Source of the DNA: Carcharhinus amblyrhynchos
Taxonomy: Eukaryota
Length of the DNA stretch: 64,000 nucleotides
NCBI GenBank assembly: GCA_965287045.1
Contig: OZ336873.1
Location: forward strand, 96,906,001-96,970,000
Direction: 5' to 3'
Below the pieces are notes generated by a model. That model was not told where the DNA came from and did not search any database. It worked only from the letters and a program-made list of their open reading frames with translations. Of this stretch, positions 38,716-52,859 are shown in pieces; position 1 is the first letter of the stretch; each line of letters opens with the position of its first letter. A program made the translations under genes and the position numbers.

Positions 38716-39532
38716 AACGTTAAGTGGGTCTGGTTATATTTTCTGTATACATCAATAGAGTGAAAATGGTGCAGTGATTCAGACCCAGTGGCAATTTGTC
38801 CTGAGGAAACTGCCAACTCAAGACACGTGTGCAAGCTCTCCAACTGCGTAACATTGCTACCAACTTCTCAGATCCTTAATGAATGAACCCGTGTGTTTGG
38901 TGTTAACCAATCCCTTATGTGTGGCTGGTGCCTTGATGTTTATCTACTGAGTAAGCGAAATGAGAATAAAAATACAAGGATCATTCTGGGTTTTTAACTT
39001 CATTGGTGGACTTAACCCTACATCTGCATCCTGCCCATTAAAGTGTTATCCTAAATCTCTGGCGTGGAACTGAAATTCACGACCTTTTGGCTCAAAGCCA
39101 GAGTGCGAGTACAAGTTAAGGAATGGGCTAGGAAGCAATAGGATCTTCAAACGCCAATAGAAATATGAAAGACGGAGTACTTCATCTGTCTCAGATTACC
39201 CAGGGGCCGACCGTCCTCTCATTCAGAATTCTCCCGGGTTCTCCCTTCATTTTCTTTGAAGCCCCTTGATCTGCTTCCCAGTTAACTTTTCTGGCTGATG
39301 GAACAAAGGGTAATTGTGAAGGAGTAAGTAACTTACAGTTGACGAAACAAAGATTTCTGAAAGTGCAATCAAAATTGGAAAGTTTTTACTGGGCGTGGAT
39401 CTCGGTAAATGAATGGTGCGCACTCAGTCCCTAACCTGAGATTAGGAAACTAACCGGCTTTTACATTACAGGAAATACAGTCAGTTTCAGTTCAGGAAGT
39501 AACAGCGATCTTCAGCACTCTAATTAAGGAAG

Positions 39533-39592
39533 ATGGCGCTTTTGAAGTGTTTGCTCTCTCAGGGATCGCGTTATCACGGCGTATGCCGACAG
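39533..39592 (+). CDS. GLOD5: Glyoxalase domain-containing protein 5, exon 1 (MALLKCLLSQGSRYHGVCRQ)
   Basis: AAGATGG Kozak, CAG|GTAAAT donor, phase 0 matches exon 2; locally CpG-richer; ETS-like CAGGAAGT upstream at ~39493. Confidence 0.7.
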
Positions 39593-40369
39593 GTAAATTT
39601 ATCTCGCATTTCTTTCAATATTAAGCACAAAGAAGGTCTATCCTCGTCTGTGGGCCGGAACAACACATTTCCCAGTTAGTACATCCGGCTCCCGCTGCAC
39701 ATCCTGGCTTTGGGGTCACTGCTGTGTGGTTGGGGAAGTTCTACTTTCGGATTTGGACTGGGGGCTGTAGTCTTGGCTGTACAAATTCTGGTTTGAGGAC
39801 CACTGAATGGGCGGCTCGTGTTTCTTTGTTTGTTCCCAGATAATAAAACAGAAATTGCTGGGAAAACTCAGCAGGTCTGGCAGCATCTGTGGAGAGAGAG
39901 AGAAAAACACATTTGGATCCAAAATCCCTTCTTTGGTTACGCTGAGAAAGTGGAGTTGTTTTTCTTTGGGTATAGGTGGTTAAAGGGAGAATAAATAGAT
40001 ATGTTCAATATCATGAAGGGGTTTGATAGAGTAAATATGGAGAAACTGTTTTAAATGGCACTTGAGATCTTAGCCAGAAAACACAGATGTGTGCAGAAGA
40101 ACTGGAATAGAATATCATCTGGAATACATATTATGGAAGCAGATTCAATAGTAAATTTCCAAAACAAATTGAATGGATCCTTGAAATTTGCAGGCATGAT
40201 CTTGTTGAATAGTGAAGCAGACTCAAAGGGTCGAATGGCCTACTTCGGCTCCTATTTTGTATGTAATGGATAGTTCTTTCAATGTGCTAGTTGTCTCCTG
40301 TGACCTATGATGCAAAGAAGGAAGCAGAAAATGTACAGTTAAGTGTTAGATGGTGAAATTCTCTTCAGC

Positions 40370-41030
40370 CACTTCAGATCAGCCATGATCGTATTGAATG
40401 GCGGGGCAGGCTCGAAGGGCTAGATGGCCTACTCCTGCTCCTATTTCTTATGTTCTTATGTCACTGAGTACAGGAGTTGGGACATTACAAGACATCAGTA
40501 AGGCCACATTTGGAGTACTGCATACAATTCTGGTCACCACGAAATAGGAAGGATGTTATTAAATGAAAAGGTGCAAAAAAGAATTACATGGATGTTACTG
40601 GGACTGGAATGTTTGAATTTTAGGGAGAGGCTGGGACTTTTTTCCCTGGAGCACAGGTGAATGAGCAGTGACCTTATAGACGTTTATAAAATCATGAGGG
40701 GCAAAGATAAGGTGAATAGCCATGGTCTTTTCCCCAAGATAGGGGAGTCTAAAACTAGAGGTTATACATTTAAGGTGAGAGGGAAAAGATTCAAAAGGAA
40801 CCTGAGGGGCAACTTTTTCACACAGAGGGTGGCGCATATATGGCATTAACTGTAGAGGAGATGGTGGAGGTGGGTACAATTACAACATTCAAAAGACATC
40901 TGGATAGGTACATGGATGGGAAAGGTTTAGAAGGAAATGGGCTAAATGCAAGCAAACGGGGCTAGTTTTGTTTAGGAAACCTGATCGACGTGGACAAGTT
41001 GGGCAGAAGGGCCTGCTTCCATGTCACAAG
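40370..41030 (+). mobile_element. CR1 fragments in GLOD5 intron 1
   Basis: DLIDVYKIMRG..KTRGYTFKV..NFFTQRV; CR1 3' ends at ~40460 and ~41020. Confidence 0.8.
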
Positions 41031-41162
41031 GGTGCTTAACTGAATGTAGCTATTGTGCGGACCATCTATTGTCCATATCTAAAGTAAAAGATGGTGTATT
41101 GAAACACAGTTTTATCACAGCAATTTTATTCATCTTTTTCTAATATCCCTTTTATTATGTAG

Positions 41163-41351
<189 letters not shown>

Positions 41352-41599
41352 TAATATACTCTCAAAAAGTACCCCCCCGCTCCCACTTACAATGTGATTG
41401 AAGCCCCAACATTTGGTGGCACTTTCTCCCAAGGCAGGTGAGCCGAGCTGGGATTTTTTGCGACTTTCATTACCAGTAGATGAAGATGCATGTCTTATTA
41501 TCTTGCTCCTTGAAGACACACAGAATTCCTCCCAGAAATACCACAGAACTAAAGGATAAGTGATAATGAAGAACTGAAAGAAACTGGTCTCAGTTTGCA

Positions 41600-42500
41600 A
41601 AAAAAGTACTGGAGAAATGAATGGAACTGAAATGGATGTTGGGAAAATTGTAATATTTCCAAGTGTGCTGATAACACAAAACTAGGTGTGCAGTGAGAAG
41701 GATGCAAAAAGGACTTGGGTGGGGCTGTAAGTTCTTAATGATATGACAGGTAGAATATAATGTTGAAAAACCTGAAACTTTGGTAGTAAAAACAGAAATG
41801 GAGAATATTTCTTAAATGGTGAGAGATTGGGAAGTATTGATGTTCGAAAGAATCTGGGTGTCCTTGTTCATAAGTCACTGAAATTTAACATGCAATGTAG
41901 CAAGCCGTTAGAGAAATGCTTTGTTGACCTTTATTGCGAGAGGGTATATGTACAGGAGTAATGATGCCCTGCTGTACTTGTATAGAACCTTGGTGAGACT
42001 GCACCTAGAATATGATGTACATTTTTGGTCTCCTTACCAAAGGAAGAATGTACTTGCTATAGAATGTGTGCAATGAACTCTCACCAGGCTGATTCCTGGG
42101 GTGACAGTACTGTCCTCTGATGAGAGACTGAGAAAACTGGGCTAGGGTTTGGAAGAATGTGAGGTGATCTCATTAAACATACAATATTCTTACAAGGCTT
42201 GACAGGATGGATGCAGGAAGGATGCTTCCTCTGGCTGAACAGTCTAGAACCAGGGAACACAGTCACATGATAAGAAGTAGGCCATTTAAGACTAAAATTC
42301 AGAGGAAATCTTCATTCAGAAGGTGGCTTTCTTTGGAATTCTTCACCTCAGATTGATCCATTTCTGGATATTAAAGATATCAAGGAGAATGGGGATCGTA
42401 TTGGAAAATGATATTGAGGTAGATGCTCAACAGTTGAATGATGGAGCTGGTTCGAGGGGCTGAATGGCCTACTCCAACAGCTATTTTCTATGTTCCCATT
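41600..42500 (+). mobile_element. Old CR1 fragment in GLOD5 intron 2
   Basis: Degenerate SKxADxTKL, LVRLHLEY; CR1 3' end GGCTGAATGGCCTACTCC. Confidence 0.75.
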
Positions 42501-43324
42501 GTTATGACCATAATAGATATTAATTGTTGACAAACCAAATCCCAAAGGGAAATACGTCTTACTTCCCCATACTCTTTTTACATGAAAATGAGAAGAAAAC
42601 ATACTAACCACAGGAGCATGGAATCCAGGAACATTCTTTGGATTTGAAAATTAAAAGTAAAAGATTTATTAATGAGAAAATAGACACCAGGTTACAATTA
42701 TAAAACATTCCCCCAAAAAGACTTATTATTTGGTCAAACCCACAAGTAAGCACCATCCAAGAACTACTCCCTTGTAGATGTTTAACTATAGAAATATTAC
42801 ACATAGGCAAGGCTGTTGTCTCTTTAATGAGGCATACCACACAACCTGTCAGACTCCCTTCTGCGTTTCCTGGAGTTACGAACACTACCTTCTTGCAGCC
42901 TCAAAACTGGATGGCTGATTCAAACTGCTTCCAGCCCAGAGCTATTCCCAGCAGGTCTTCCTCACACATCCAACCGCTAAGCTCTCAACATTTTACCTTC
43001 AATGTCCTTTGTACTTTGCCTCTATGTTTCCATTGTCCTCTGCACTTCTTTGAACTTAACTTGTGAAAGGTTTTCATATTTTGGATGTTCTTCTATGGCC
43101 TCCAGTCTCAGATCAAATAAAATTGAATAACCTTTTCTTACTTACTTATGAAACTGTTATAAGCTGAAAATACCTTTTATTCCCTTTTGAACTTAACAGC
43201 TGAAATCGATGGATACTTAGATATTTCCTGATGCAAATTTCTAAACCTAGCTTATTTACTTTGAGCTGGAAAATCTCCTTACAAATGCATGCAACTGGCA
43301 CTCATGGCTTTGGAGTAGAAGATC

Positions 43325-43690
43325 ATTTATTCGTTTACAGAATGTGGGTGTCACTGGCTGGGCCAGCATTTATTGCCCATTCCTAACTGCTGTCCATTTC
43401 AGAGGGCATTTGAGAATCAACCACATTGCTGTGGCTCTGGAGTCACATGTAAGCCAGATCAGGTAAGGGTGAGAGATTTTCTTCCCTAAAGAACACTAGT
43501 GAACCAGATGGGTTTTTCCAACAGTTGGCAATGGTTTCAAGAGTACAATTAGACTTCTAATTCCAGATATTTATTGAGTACAAATTTCACCATCTGCCAT
43601 GGTGGGATTTTTGAACTTGGGCCCTCAAATCTTGCCCTGGGTCTCTGGATTGTAAGTCTAGTGAAAATAGCAATACACCAGCGCCTTACC
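43325..43690 (-). mobile_element. tRNA-derived SINE (second family)
   Basis: Reverse complement has a tRNA-like head and a GGGCAATAAATGCTGGCCCAGCCAGTGA tail; related to 12463-12790 and 29660-29830. Confidence 0.65.
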
Positions 43691-43826
43691 TTAGTCCCTA
43701 GCTAGTTGACCTTCTGAATTAGAGGCAAGAGTATTACCGTTGAGCCAAGGTTGTCACTTTGTTCTTTGAAAAACTTCCAAGTATGCTGATAAATATGTTT
43801 TTATGTTAATGAATCCTCTAAAACAG

Positions 43827-43982
43827 GGCAACCGCAAAGCTCTCTCCTTTGGGAATCAGAAATTCAACCTGCATGAAGTTGGGAAGGAATTTGAACCAAA
43901 AGCACACAAACCTACAGCAGGATCCATAGATCTGTGCTTGATTACAAAAACGCCATTAAGTAAAGTGATTGAACATCTTAAG
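43827..43982 (+). CDS. GLOD5: GLOD5 exon 3 (GNRKALSFGNQKFNLHEVGKEFEPKA...DLCLIT...HLK)
   Basis: CAG acceptor, AAG|GTTAGT donor, 156 nt; QKFNLHEVGKEFEPKA is characteristic of GLOD5. Confidence 0.95.
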
Positions 43983-45022
43983 GTTAGTCAAACAGTATTT
44001 TATATGTGTGCAAAGGAAACTTGAAAGTTTTGAGGTATGAGAGAGAGCCTCATTACTCTAAATGCCTGGGAGATGCTTTAAAGTTTAAAATGACCACAAG
44101 CATGGAGAAGGTTCTTGGGGAAAGGTTCCCTTTACTGTGAAGTCCGTGAATCATTTCGAGAGCTTGAATCTTTGAATGTGCTGCTCGAATGGACACTCTG
44201 GAGATGTAAAAAAAGTGTAAACAAAACAACAAATGTTGTTTTCAAATTGGAAGTCATTTTTTGTTTATGTATGTCCTGTATGAGTTGGCCACGTTAAGGT
44301 AGTAAACCTTTCAATAAATTTATTACCAGTGGGAAACAAACATCAGAAATAAAATTATAACTCTAACCTATTTAAAGCATTGGACTGCTGTCACTTGCTT
44401 TTGGAAAACCTAACGGGAGTTGGTTACTGTCAATTTTACTGTCAATCCGGATGTGTTGCAAGGTGTCTTATTATATAGCAATGAAATGTTTCAAAGGCTC
44501 AATGCAAGCAGGAATCCTGCCTAACATTATTCTTAATACCATGACATTTTGCTGTGGGAAAACATGATTGAAGTGTATATGAAGATGAAACATTTTAGTA
44601 GTTATAGTTGCACAAGACTCTGGGCGAAAGTCTCTGGCCTCACCTTGGTGTTCTTCTTGATGGAGGGAAGCAGCACGCTGTTCCCTGGCGGTGGAATCAT
44701 CTGGTACTGCAGCTGTCAATAGGAATTCCCATTGAAACCACCTCACCGGGAAACCCACAGGAGGGAGTGGGCTGCCGGTGGGAGCAGAGAATCCCAGCGC
44801 AATGAACGATCAGAGAATTCCAGTCTCTGCCTTGTTTCCATCATTCTCACTTCTACTTGCCCTGTATCACATTGAATATGAGTTTACCGGAAGTGAGATG
44901 TGAAATTACTTTATGAGCAACTCAGCTAATGAAGATTAGCCATGTTTGTCATTGTATGTTTAATTGTTGTTTCTTGTAAAAATGTAGGTGATAATGATTT
45001 CCAGTGATTCTTGATATTTTAA

Positions 45023-45160
<138 letters not shown>

Positions 45161-45240
45161 AGACTACAGCAAGCAGAGACCAAATCTGTATGAGAATGAA
45201 ATCTATAAAGATGAACTGATCTAACTGTAATTGTACATTT

Positions 45241-45246
45241 AATAAA
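45241..45246 (+). terminator. Putative GLOD5 polyadenylation signal
   Basis: AATAAA 80 nt after the stop codon, followed by a GT-rich stretch. Confidence 0.55.
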
Positions 45247-45779
45247 ATAGGTGTTATATTGATAGAATCATTGAATCCCTATAGTACAGAGGGAGGCCAT
45301 TCGGACCATCAAGTATGTACCAATGGCTGTTGTTTACATTTGTCGAGCTCTTATTGATTTTCAAATATCTTTCATATCTGGAATGTAGCTTAGTGGTTTT
45401 AAACGAAAGGGTGGCATGGACAAGTTAGGCCGAAGGGCCTCTTTCCATGTTATAAACCTCTATGACTCTAGTTATATGTTTAAACTCCTCATAAGATGAG
45501 GGAAAACGGTTGCAATCTACAAGAGAAAGTAACTCCCTCAGAGTCCATTTTGAATCGGTACATTTCAAAAAAGTAACTTTTAAAATAGTTTATAATAACA
45601 CTGTCATGATTTTCTCGATTGCACTAATTGATTTTACAAAGTTGTGAATGGTCTTTCTCACTGTGAAAAGGTATTCTGATTCCTGCTGGAGAACAGCAAC
45701 CAATAAGCCACTCAACCTAAATAGTTGTTGGAATGAGGAAAAGAAAAGTCAATACATATGTAACATGGAAGAACACTCA

Positions 45780-46600
45780 AAAAAGCAAAATACTGCGGAT
45801 GCTGGAAATCTAAAATAAAAACACAAAATCCTGGATAAGCTCAGCAAGCCTGGCAGCATCTTTGGGAGGGAAACCGTGAACATTTTGAGTCTGTATGACT
45901 CTTTTTCTTCAGAGATGAAGAAGGGTAGAAATGTGATGGATTGTATAGTTGGAGAGGAGGAGGGAGAGGTGGAGAATAATAGAAGGTTAGGGAACTAAGG
46001 AGAGAGTCATGGACACAAGACAAAGAGTGTTAATGATGGCATTAAGAACTAAAGATGCTGTTAGCAGCATAAAGATAAAAGAATGTGTTAACAGGAAGGT
46101 CAGTGTTCAGTGAAAGCAGAACTAAAAAAAAGTGACAGATAGTCCTGTTGGGGGTGGGGGGAGCATGGTTTGCATTGGGACAAACAAAGGAACCAAAGAA
46201 ACAAAACGAGTCAAAATGGAGGTGAAAGTTTACTGCCTGAAGTTGTTGAACTCAGTGTTGAGTCCAGAAGCCTGTAATGTGCCTAATCAGAAGATGGAAG
46301 TGTAGTTCCTCCAGTTTGCATTGGGCTTCAGCGGAGCATTGCAGCAGGAAAAGGATGGACATGTGGGCATGGGAACAAGATGGTGAGTTGAATTGGCAAA
46401 CAACAGGAAGATTGAGTCATGATTTTGGACTGAGTAAATGTGTTCCACAAAGCTGTCACTCAGAATGCATTTAGTTTCCCCAATGTAGAGGAGACCACTT
46501 TGAGGGCAGTGAATACCGTTAACCAAAATGAAGTGGAATGCTGCTTCATCTGAAAGCAGTGTTTGCGCCATTGGGCAGTGAGGAAGGAGGAGATAAAGGA
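45780..46600 (-). mobile_element. Penelope-like element (GIY-YIG region plus pLTR)
   Basis: Minus ORF 46287-46682 IHCPQSGLLYIGETKC..SFVEH (GIY-YIG); pLTR motif at 45785-45920. Confidence 0.8.
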
Positions 46601-47489
46601 GTGAAACTGGTAAATATTGGCTCCATCTCTTGAACAACTCCTTGCTTGTAAAAGAGCAAAACAACACCTCCTCCCCTACCAAATTCCCAGAGTTAAGCAG
46701 TGTACCTCACTGCAATCCATCCAGCTGCACTTTTGTGCTACTTGATAACCAAAGTATTTTTCAGAGATTTAAAAATATTGCAAATGACCACAGGCTATCA
46801 GGTCCTAGTTTCCTTTGACTATCCAGCCCCAGTGACTACAAACTTGGGTTAATTCCTTTTTAGGGCAACATGTCCAAGTTTGTTCTCCTTACAAGAAGAG
46901 TGATTTTGAGACTTTGTAAAGGAAGCAGAGGAGAACCATTAAATTAATTTCTAATTTAAAGAATCTTAATTACCAAGACAGGCTGAAAGAGCTGTGTTTC
47001 CACAATGTAGAAAAGTGCAGGTTTGGAGCTGTACTGATTGAGTTTTAGAAGATGATGAAGAGATCAGATTGTGTTTGTGTAGACAATTTCTTTTTAAAAA
47101 AAACTGCACAATGGAGGATCAAGGATCACAGCCTTTTACTTTCATGTCAGACCAGAACTAAGTTAGATGTTAGAAAATGATTAATTTCCTAGAGAAGAGT
47201 GGACTGTGGAACAAGCAGCTAGCTCATGTGGCAAACACTTAATTAAATTCATTCATGCAAGTGTGGGATCTTCTGGTTTAAGCAGCTACCCCTTTGTGCA
47301 AGGGATTGGTGCGACCTGTAAACTGAGGGTTCGCGTAATGATGTGGCTGCTTGTGGCCGCATGTCAGATGTGCAGGAGTTCTTCCTAGAGTTTGGGCAGG
47401 TTACAAGCGTATAGGAACTTCTCAGACTAGTGAACAAACTATCATTAGTTACAGATCCTTAGTCACCAATCTTTGGGAATCGAGTACTT

Positions 47490-50400
47490 CCACACGGTAT
47501 CAGGAGCTGGCTATATGGAACAAAGACTTTGCCGCACTGACCCGCTCATATTCAATGGAAACATTGCAGACAACTGGGCCAACTTTAAAAAGAAATTTAT
47601 ATTGTTGAGTCAGATTATTAGATGAATCAAAAAAGATGCTAGTTTACACCTTCCTAAATCTGGTGGGCCCCAAGGCTGTTAAGAAGTTTGAATTGTTTTT
47701 CAAATGAAGGGCAAAGAACTCTGAAAAGATCTTTAAAAAGTTTGAAAACTTCTGCCTACCAATGAAGGACATAACGCTTGATAGGCACACGTTTAGCTCC
47801 ACAAACTAAAGATCTGATCAATCAATACTCATATACAGCAACTTTGAAAATGTTAGCAAGAATATGAGCAGGGATCAAATAATACATAACGCCTACGAGG
47901 CAATGGGTGTTACTATTTGTATGCTAAACTGTCTGAAAAAAGCAGCAAGGAGTTTAGGTGGGAAAAGAAGCTTTTGAAGTGCACAGTACACCCTGCCCCA
48001 ATGGTGGTAGCCTTGTGAACAGAGCAGCATGTTTTGCATTTGGCAAACGCTGCAACAAATGTCAAAAGTGGAATCACTTCACAAAATGCTGCAGATCTAA
48101 ATCACAACAGTTTTCTTTTGACAAGAGCCATGTTACAGATGGTCCAAGGTTAGGAATCTTAGCAAAGTACATGGACTGGAGCTCAGCCTGAGTAACTAAA
48201 CCACTGAGCCTCTAACAAAACTCTGCTGTGAGAGTTCTGAACTGTCACAGAGAGCTTCATCACCCTGACCATGATTTGCAGCAATGCAAAGCTGAAGGTC
48301 AAGGTATACTGGAACAAAGTGTAACGTGTTTCCCAACCAAATGCTATAGGAATTAGATCCATATGCAGCAGCAGACCCCAGTACCCAGATGGACCTCAAC
48401 ATGGACAAACCATCTGCACTGAAGGTGTGGCCACTCTCCACTGCACACAGAGCAGCTTCATGTTTGACACAGTCGACCAGAACATAAGGCCGCTATTAGT
48501 TCTTTAGGATAGCATTACACTGAGGCTCCTCCACCTTGGTCCAGAGGTACACGCTCTGCAACAACAGGCTCCAGAAATGATAGAGTACAAAGACTTCTTC
48601 AGCTACCCCATCAATGGTAAACTACATGAGTAGTTTACTGTATACTGCATAAGACTAGAATACTTGGTCCCACCAACTGTTTGTGGTCCAAGAAGAGGTC
48701 CAAAAGCCATGAAACAGAAAGCAGTTAATGAGCTGCATCAAATGATGATACTATGGGCCCTATTTTACCATTTTGATTTGAAGCGCTGTGTGGACTTGAA
48801 ACTGGGAGTGTTTCAGATCTGACTTTTAGGCCTGTTCTCAGGCTCCTCCATGTGCACTTTGCCTGAAAAATATCAGCGAGTCCAAGCCTGTGGACAGGGC
48901 TCAAATTGCCCGAAAACCTGCAGCTCCAATCGGTGCCTCTAACTGCGCATGCGCAGAAAAATAATAATAAGTAGCATTCCCTTACCACTTTGCTCCTGAG
49001 CCAGAAAATGCCTCCCCTGGCCCCTACACCACAACATTGCCGAGCCCCCTTCCCTTCATTGATCACAGGCAGAGTGGCAGCAGATCCCCCCTTCCTCCCC
49101 ACTGATCTCAGGCAGAGAGATCTGCCCTCTCCTCTCCACCCTACAGATCACTCCCATCCCGGATCCTTCTGTACAAGGCCCCCATCTCCTCCGGATTCCA
49201 ATGGCTGTGTGACACCTCCCTCTCTCTCCCCTGTCCCCAATCATTGAGGCACCTACCTACCACCCTCCCACCCCTCCCCATCAGCACACCTGCAAGTGCT
49301 CACTTGCCTTCCCCTCAATGCTAACAAGCAAGCTGCATAGAACTTGCTGGAATGTTCTGCCAAACTGCCTGCAGCTGATCCGCCCTAACGAGGGGCAGCT
49401 CCATTAAAAATACAAGGATGGACAGGCAGGCGTTCCTGCACAAAATCTGCGCACAGCCAGCCCCCCCGATTTTCTGAGGGCCACCTGGGGAAGCTGCTGG
49501 ATGCAGCAGAGGCGAGGTGGGACATCCTCTTCCTCCCAGGAGGACGCAGACCCTGGGGGGCTGATCGAAATGTGGTCTGGGAGGAAGTCGTCGCCTTGGT
49601 CAGTGCCAGGGCACTGGCCCCCTGAACCGGGAAGCAGTGCCAGGGAAATGCCAATGACCTCATCCATGCAGCAAGGGTGAGTACTGAACCCCATCTTTCA
49701 TCTTCCCCCAAATCCCCCCCCATCCTCCCATCCCCAGCACCCTCCATGCTTCCAGCTCCTGACCCCCCCAGGCACCTCCTTCCTATCCCCCCAAGTGCCC
49801 CACTGTGTTTGCCCTCTCAGCACCACCACCTGATATAGCATTTGGACCTCAACATGGACCTCCTTCTGTAACTCTGCAGGAGTTACACCACCATTTCTTT
49901 CATGGCTCCTTCTGTCTCCAGGGGAGAAGACTGACCGTAACACCCATGAGAGGGCAAAGACAGGGGGTGGTGAGCCAGACCTCTGGGTCCTCACCCTCTT
50001 TGAGGAGCAGGCACTGGACTTTTCAAAGGAAGGGTAGATGCAGGCTGTCAGCGACAGCGTAGTTGGGCTGCCATCAAGATGTGAGCACTTGTTATTCTTC
50101 TACTCACGTTGAAGCAAATTCTCGAGGGGCACGAGTTTCGAGGTGAGGGGCATGGTTTAAAGAAGATGTATGAGGCACATTTATTTGCATAGGGAGGGCA
50201 GTGGGTGCCTGGAACTTGCTGCTGGGGGTGGTTGTGGATGCAGATACGATTGTGAACTTTAAGGAGCATCTCTACAGCTATGTCAATGGGATGGGGATAG
50301 AGGCATCTGGTTCCTGGAAGGGGAGGGGGTAATAAATCAGATGGGCGGCCTGATCACTACAGGCTTGGAGGGCCAAAGGGCCTGTTCCTGTGATATAATT

Positions 50401-51670
50401 TTTTTGATGCTTTGTTCTATGTTTGAAGGGGAAATGTGAATCTTGTTTTTGGCATCCCGGATTCCTCTCCCTTCCTTGCGCTTAACCTTGTGTTCTGTGT
50501 TGGGTGGACAGATCCGGATGTTCCAGGGCCTTCTGGACTTTGGGTCCCTACTGGAGCTCCCACCCATCCTGATCAAGACAATTCGAAGGAATCTTCGGAG
50601 GATATGGGTGAAGGGACTCCGAGGGTGGCACTGTTTTGGTGTCAGCTTCCAACTCACAACTCACCATCCCAGATGCTGACGCATCGGTGGGTTACTCTCT
50701 GGTGAGCACAACACTTCTGATGATGTATATCGGGTGGAGGAGGGAACGCCCAAGGCCTCTGGCATGCAGGGGCCACTGGCCCCAGGCTACATGCAGGACC
50801 TCTGAGATCACTTCTCCTTCAGCTGCTGGGAATATAGCAACCGAGCCAGGGAGTGCAGGAGAGGGTGATGTCCACTGGACCGACTGCGAGGCTGCTGGGA
50901 GGAGTCCCAAAGCTTTCAGGTAGACCAGCTATTGCCTATCTTGCATGCTTCCCAGGCCAACACTGCAAGGGTGGCATCTACAGTAGAAAGCCTGTGGCCG
51001 AATCACAGCAGGTCGCAGTTGAGGGACTGAGCAGGCTCCTCAAGATTCTGTGGGTATGGCTGAGAGGCCCGAGAGCTTGCAGGAGACCCAGTGGGACAGC
51101 ATTGAGGCACAGCAGGCTAAGAGAGTAATGGTTGAGGGGCTACAGAGCTTGCAAAAGACCCAGTGGGACAGCACTGAGACACAGCAGGCTATGGCAGACT
51201 ATGGCCCAGTCTCAGAAGGTCATTGCTAAGGGCTTGCAGAGCATAGCCCAGTCTCAGAGGGCACTTGCTGTGGCCATTGAGAGATGGCCCCTGACTTCTA
51301 TGGAGCATGTCTGATTCATGTCGATTCCTGATTAGTGAATGCGGTGGTAAAGGGGAAAGTGTTGGTAAAGTTGAGCATGCAGCCCATTAATTCAACTTAA
51401 CTGCATTCAAATGCGTTTAAATGGCCGTTGTGTCCATTTCGGGAATGGTCCCAAATGTGGTCATTTTCAAGCCTTGATAAAAGGGGAACTGGCACAGAGG
51501 CAGGCGCGGATCACGTTACTCACCTCACGCCCAACTTTACCAAGTTTTCACCGCCAAAAACGGGCCCAACTTGATGTGAAAATCATGCCCAATGTCTTAT
51601 AACTCCCATGGATGATGCCACAGAATGGGTTTCAGCAATGCTGTCCACAGTAAAGAAAGATTCAGGTCTT
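47490..51670 (+). mobile_element. Gypsy-type LTR retrotransposon relic interrupted by a Harbinger insertion
   Basis: GNIADNWANFKKKF (~47557), CFAFGKRCNKCQKWNHFTKCC knuckle (ORF 47958-48191); RT-start-like TEWVSAMLSTVKKDSG at ~51620 after the Harbinger element. Confidence 0.65.
48755..51590 (+). mobile_element. Non-autonomous Harbinger element carrying a decayed intron-containing Myb/SANT gene
   Basis: Left end GGGCCCTATTTTACC; 49418-49676 reads APRFSEGHLGKLLDAAEARWDILF...WEEVVALVSA..*TGKQC..NDLIHAAR|GTGAGT; exon 2 EKTDRNTHERAKTGGGEPDL; right subterminal block 51330-51590. Confidence 0.8.
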
Positions 51671-51862
51671 GACCCTGAGTGTGGGTATATCACATCTTGG
51701 TAGATCTCCACTGCCACCATTGGGCACTCCATTGATTAAAATTGGGGCAATTGTTCTTCTTAGCTTTTTCAGCCATACCTTCACTGTGGCAAATGTGTTA
51801 GCTGTGTGTGTGGGGACAGTCTTTAAATTAAGTGCTGAAGTGATGGTGTGGTCGACAACACA

Positions 51863-52160
51863 GGGGCAGCATGGTGGCACAGCGGTTAGCACTGCTGCCT
51901 CACAGCGCCAGGACCCAACTTGGGTCACTGTGTGCAGTTTGCATGTTTTCCAGCCCCCCGTCTGTGCGGGCTTCCTCCAGTTCCCTCTCACAGTCCAAAG
52001 ATGTAGGTTAGGTTAATTGGCCATGCTAAATTGTCTCTTAGTGCCAGGGGGATGAGCTAGGGTAAGTAAGTGGGGTTATGGGGATAGGGCCTGTGTGGGA
52101 TTGTGGTTGGTGCAGAATCGATGGACCGAATGGCTTCCTTCTGCTGTTAGGGGCTTTATG
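51863..52160 (+). mobile_element. HE1-like V-SINE, near full length
   Basis: GGGCAGCATGGTGGCACAGCGGTTAGCACTGCTGCCTCACAGCGCCAGG head, V-like body, LINE-like tail. Confidence 0.85.
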
Positions 52161-52189
52161 AAATCAGAAACCTCCTGTCAACGAAATGG

Positions 52190-52410
52190 CATAGAAATGT
52201 AGAAGATAGGAGCAGGAGGAGACCATTTGGCCTTTCAAGCCTACTCCGCCAATCATTAAGATCATGGCTGATCATCCAACGCTAGCCTAATCCTGCTTCT
52301 TCCCCATAATCTTTGATCCCATTTGCACCAAGTACTATATCTAGCTGCCTCTTGAATACATTCAATGTTTTGGCATCAACAGCTTCCTGTGGTAATGAAT
52401 TCATGGCACC
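52190..52410 (-). mobile_element. CR1 3' end
   Basis: ATAGGAGCAGGAGGAGACCATT...GATCATGGCTGATC is the reverse of the CR1 3' terminus. Confidence 0.75.
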
Positions 52411-52859
52411 CATGAATGAAGGATTTTGACACTAAATGCCACTTTGGCTGTTGGCGGGCTAAATGCCACTTTTTCTGCCCACCATTGGTCTTTGTGGAGT
52501 TCTGGGAAAATCTCATCCTAAATGTCAGGAAAAATAAGGAACAAGCTCCATATTGTTCACGGACAGTCATGGCCAAATACAACTTGTACAAGCAGAACTA
52601 TTTTGCAAAGTTAGTGGTGAGGTGAAGTTAAAAGGAGAAGTGATTGTTCATCCCCTCCATTATGGGACATCTAACGGTTCAATCATACAATAGATCAACT
52701 ACCACACCCAAATCACCACACTTCACAGATACGGAGCTTTGATTGCAATGTTTAAACATTGTTTGCTAAGCTACAGAAGCAAATGCAACTGAAATTGAAG
52801 TTCTAACTCTACGTGCAAATTCCAGATGACAGTCACCCAAGGCTGGAATTGAACCCAGG

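Noticed and set aside
51863-51930. tRNA genes at SINE heads (also ~500, ~37000, ~37500)
   Set aside because: No complete cloverleaf; each continues into SINE body and tail
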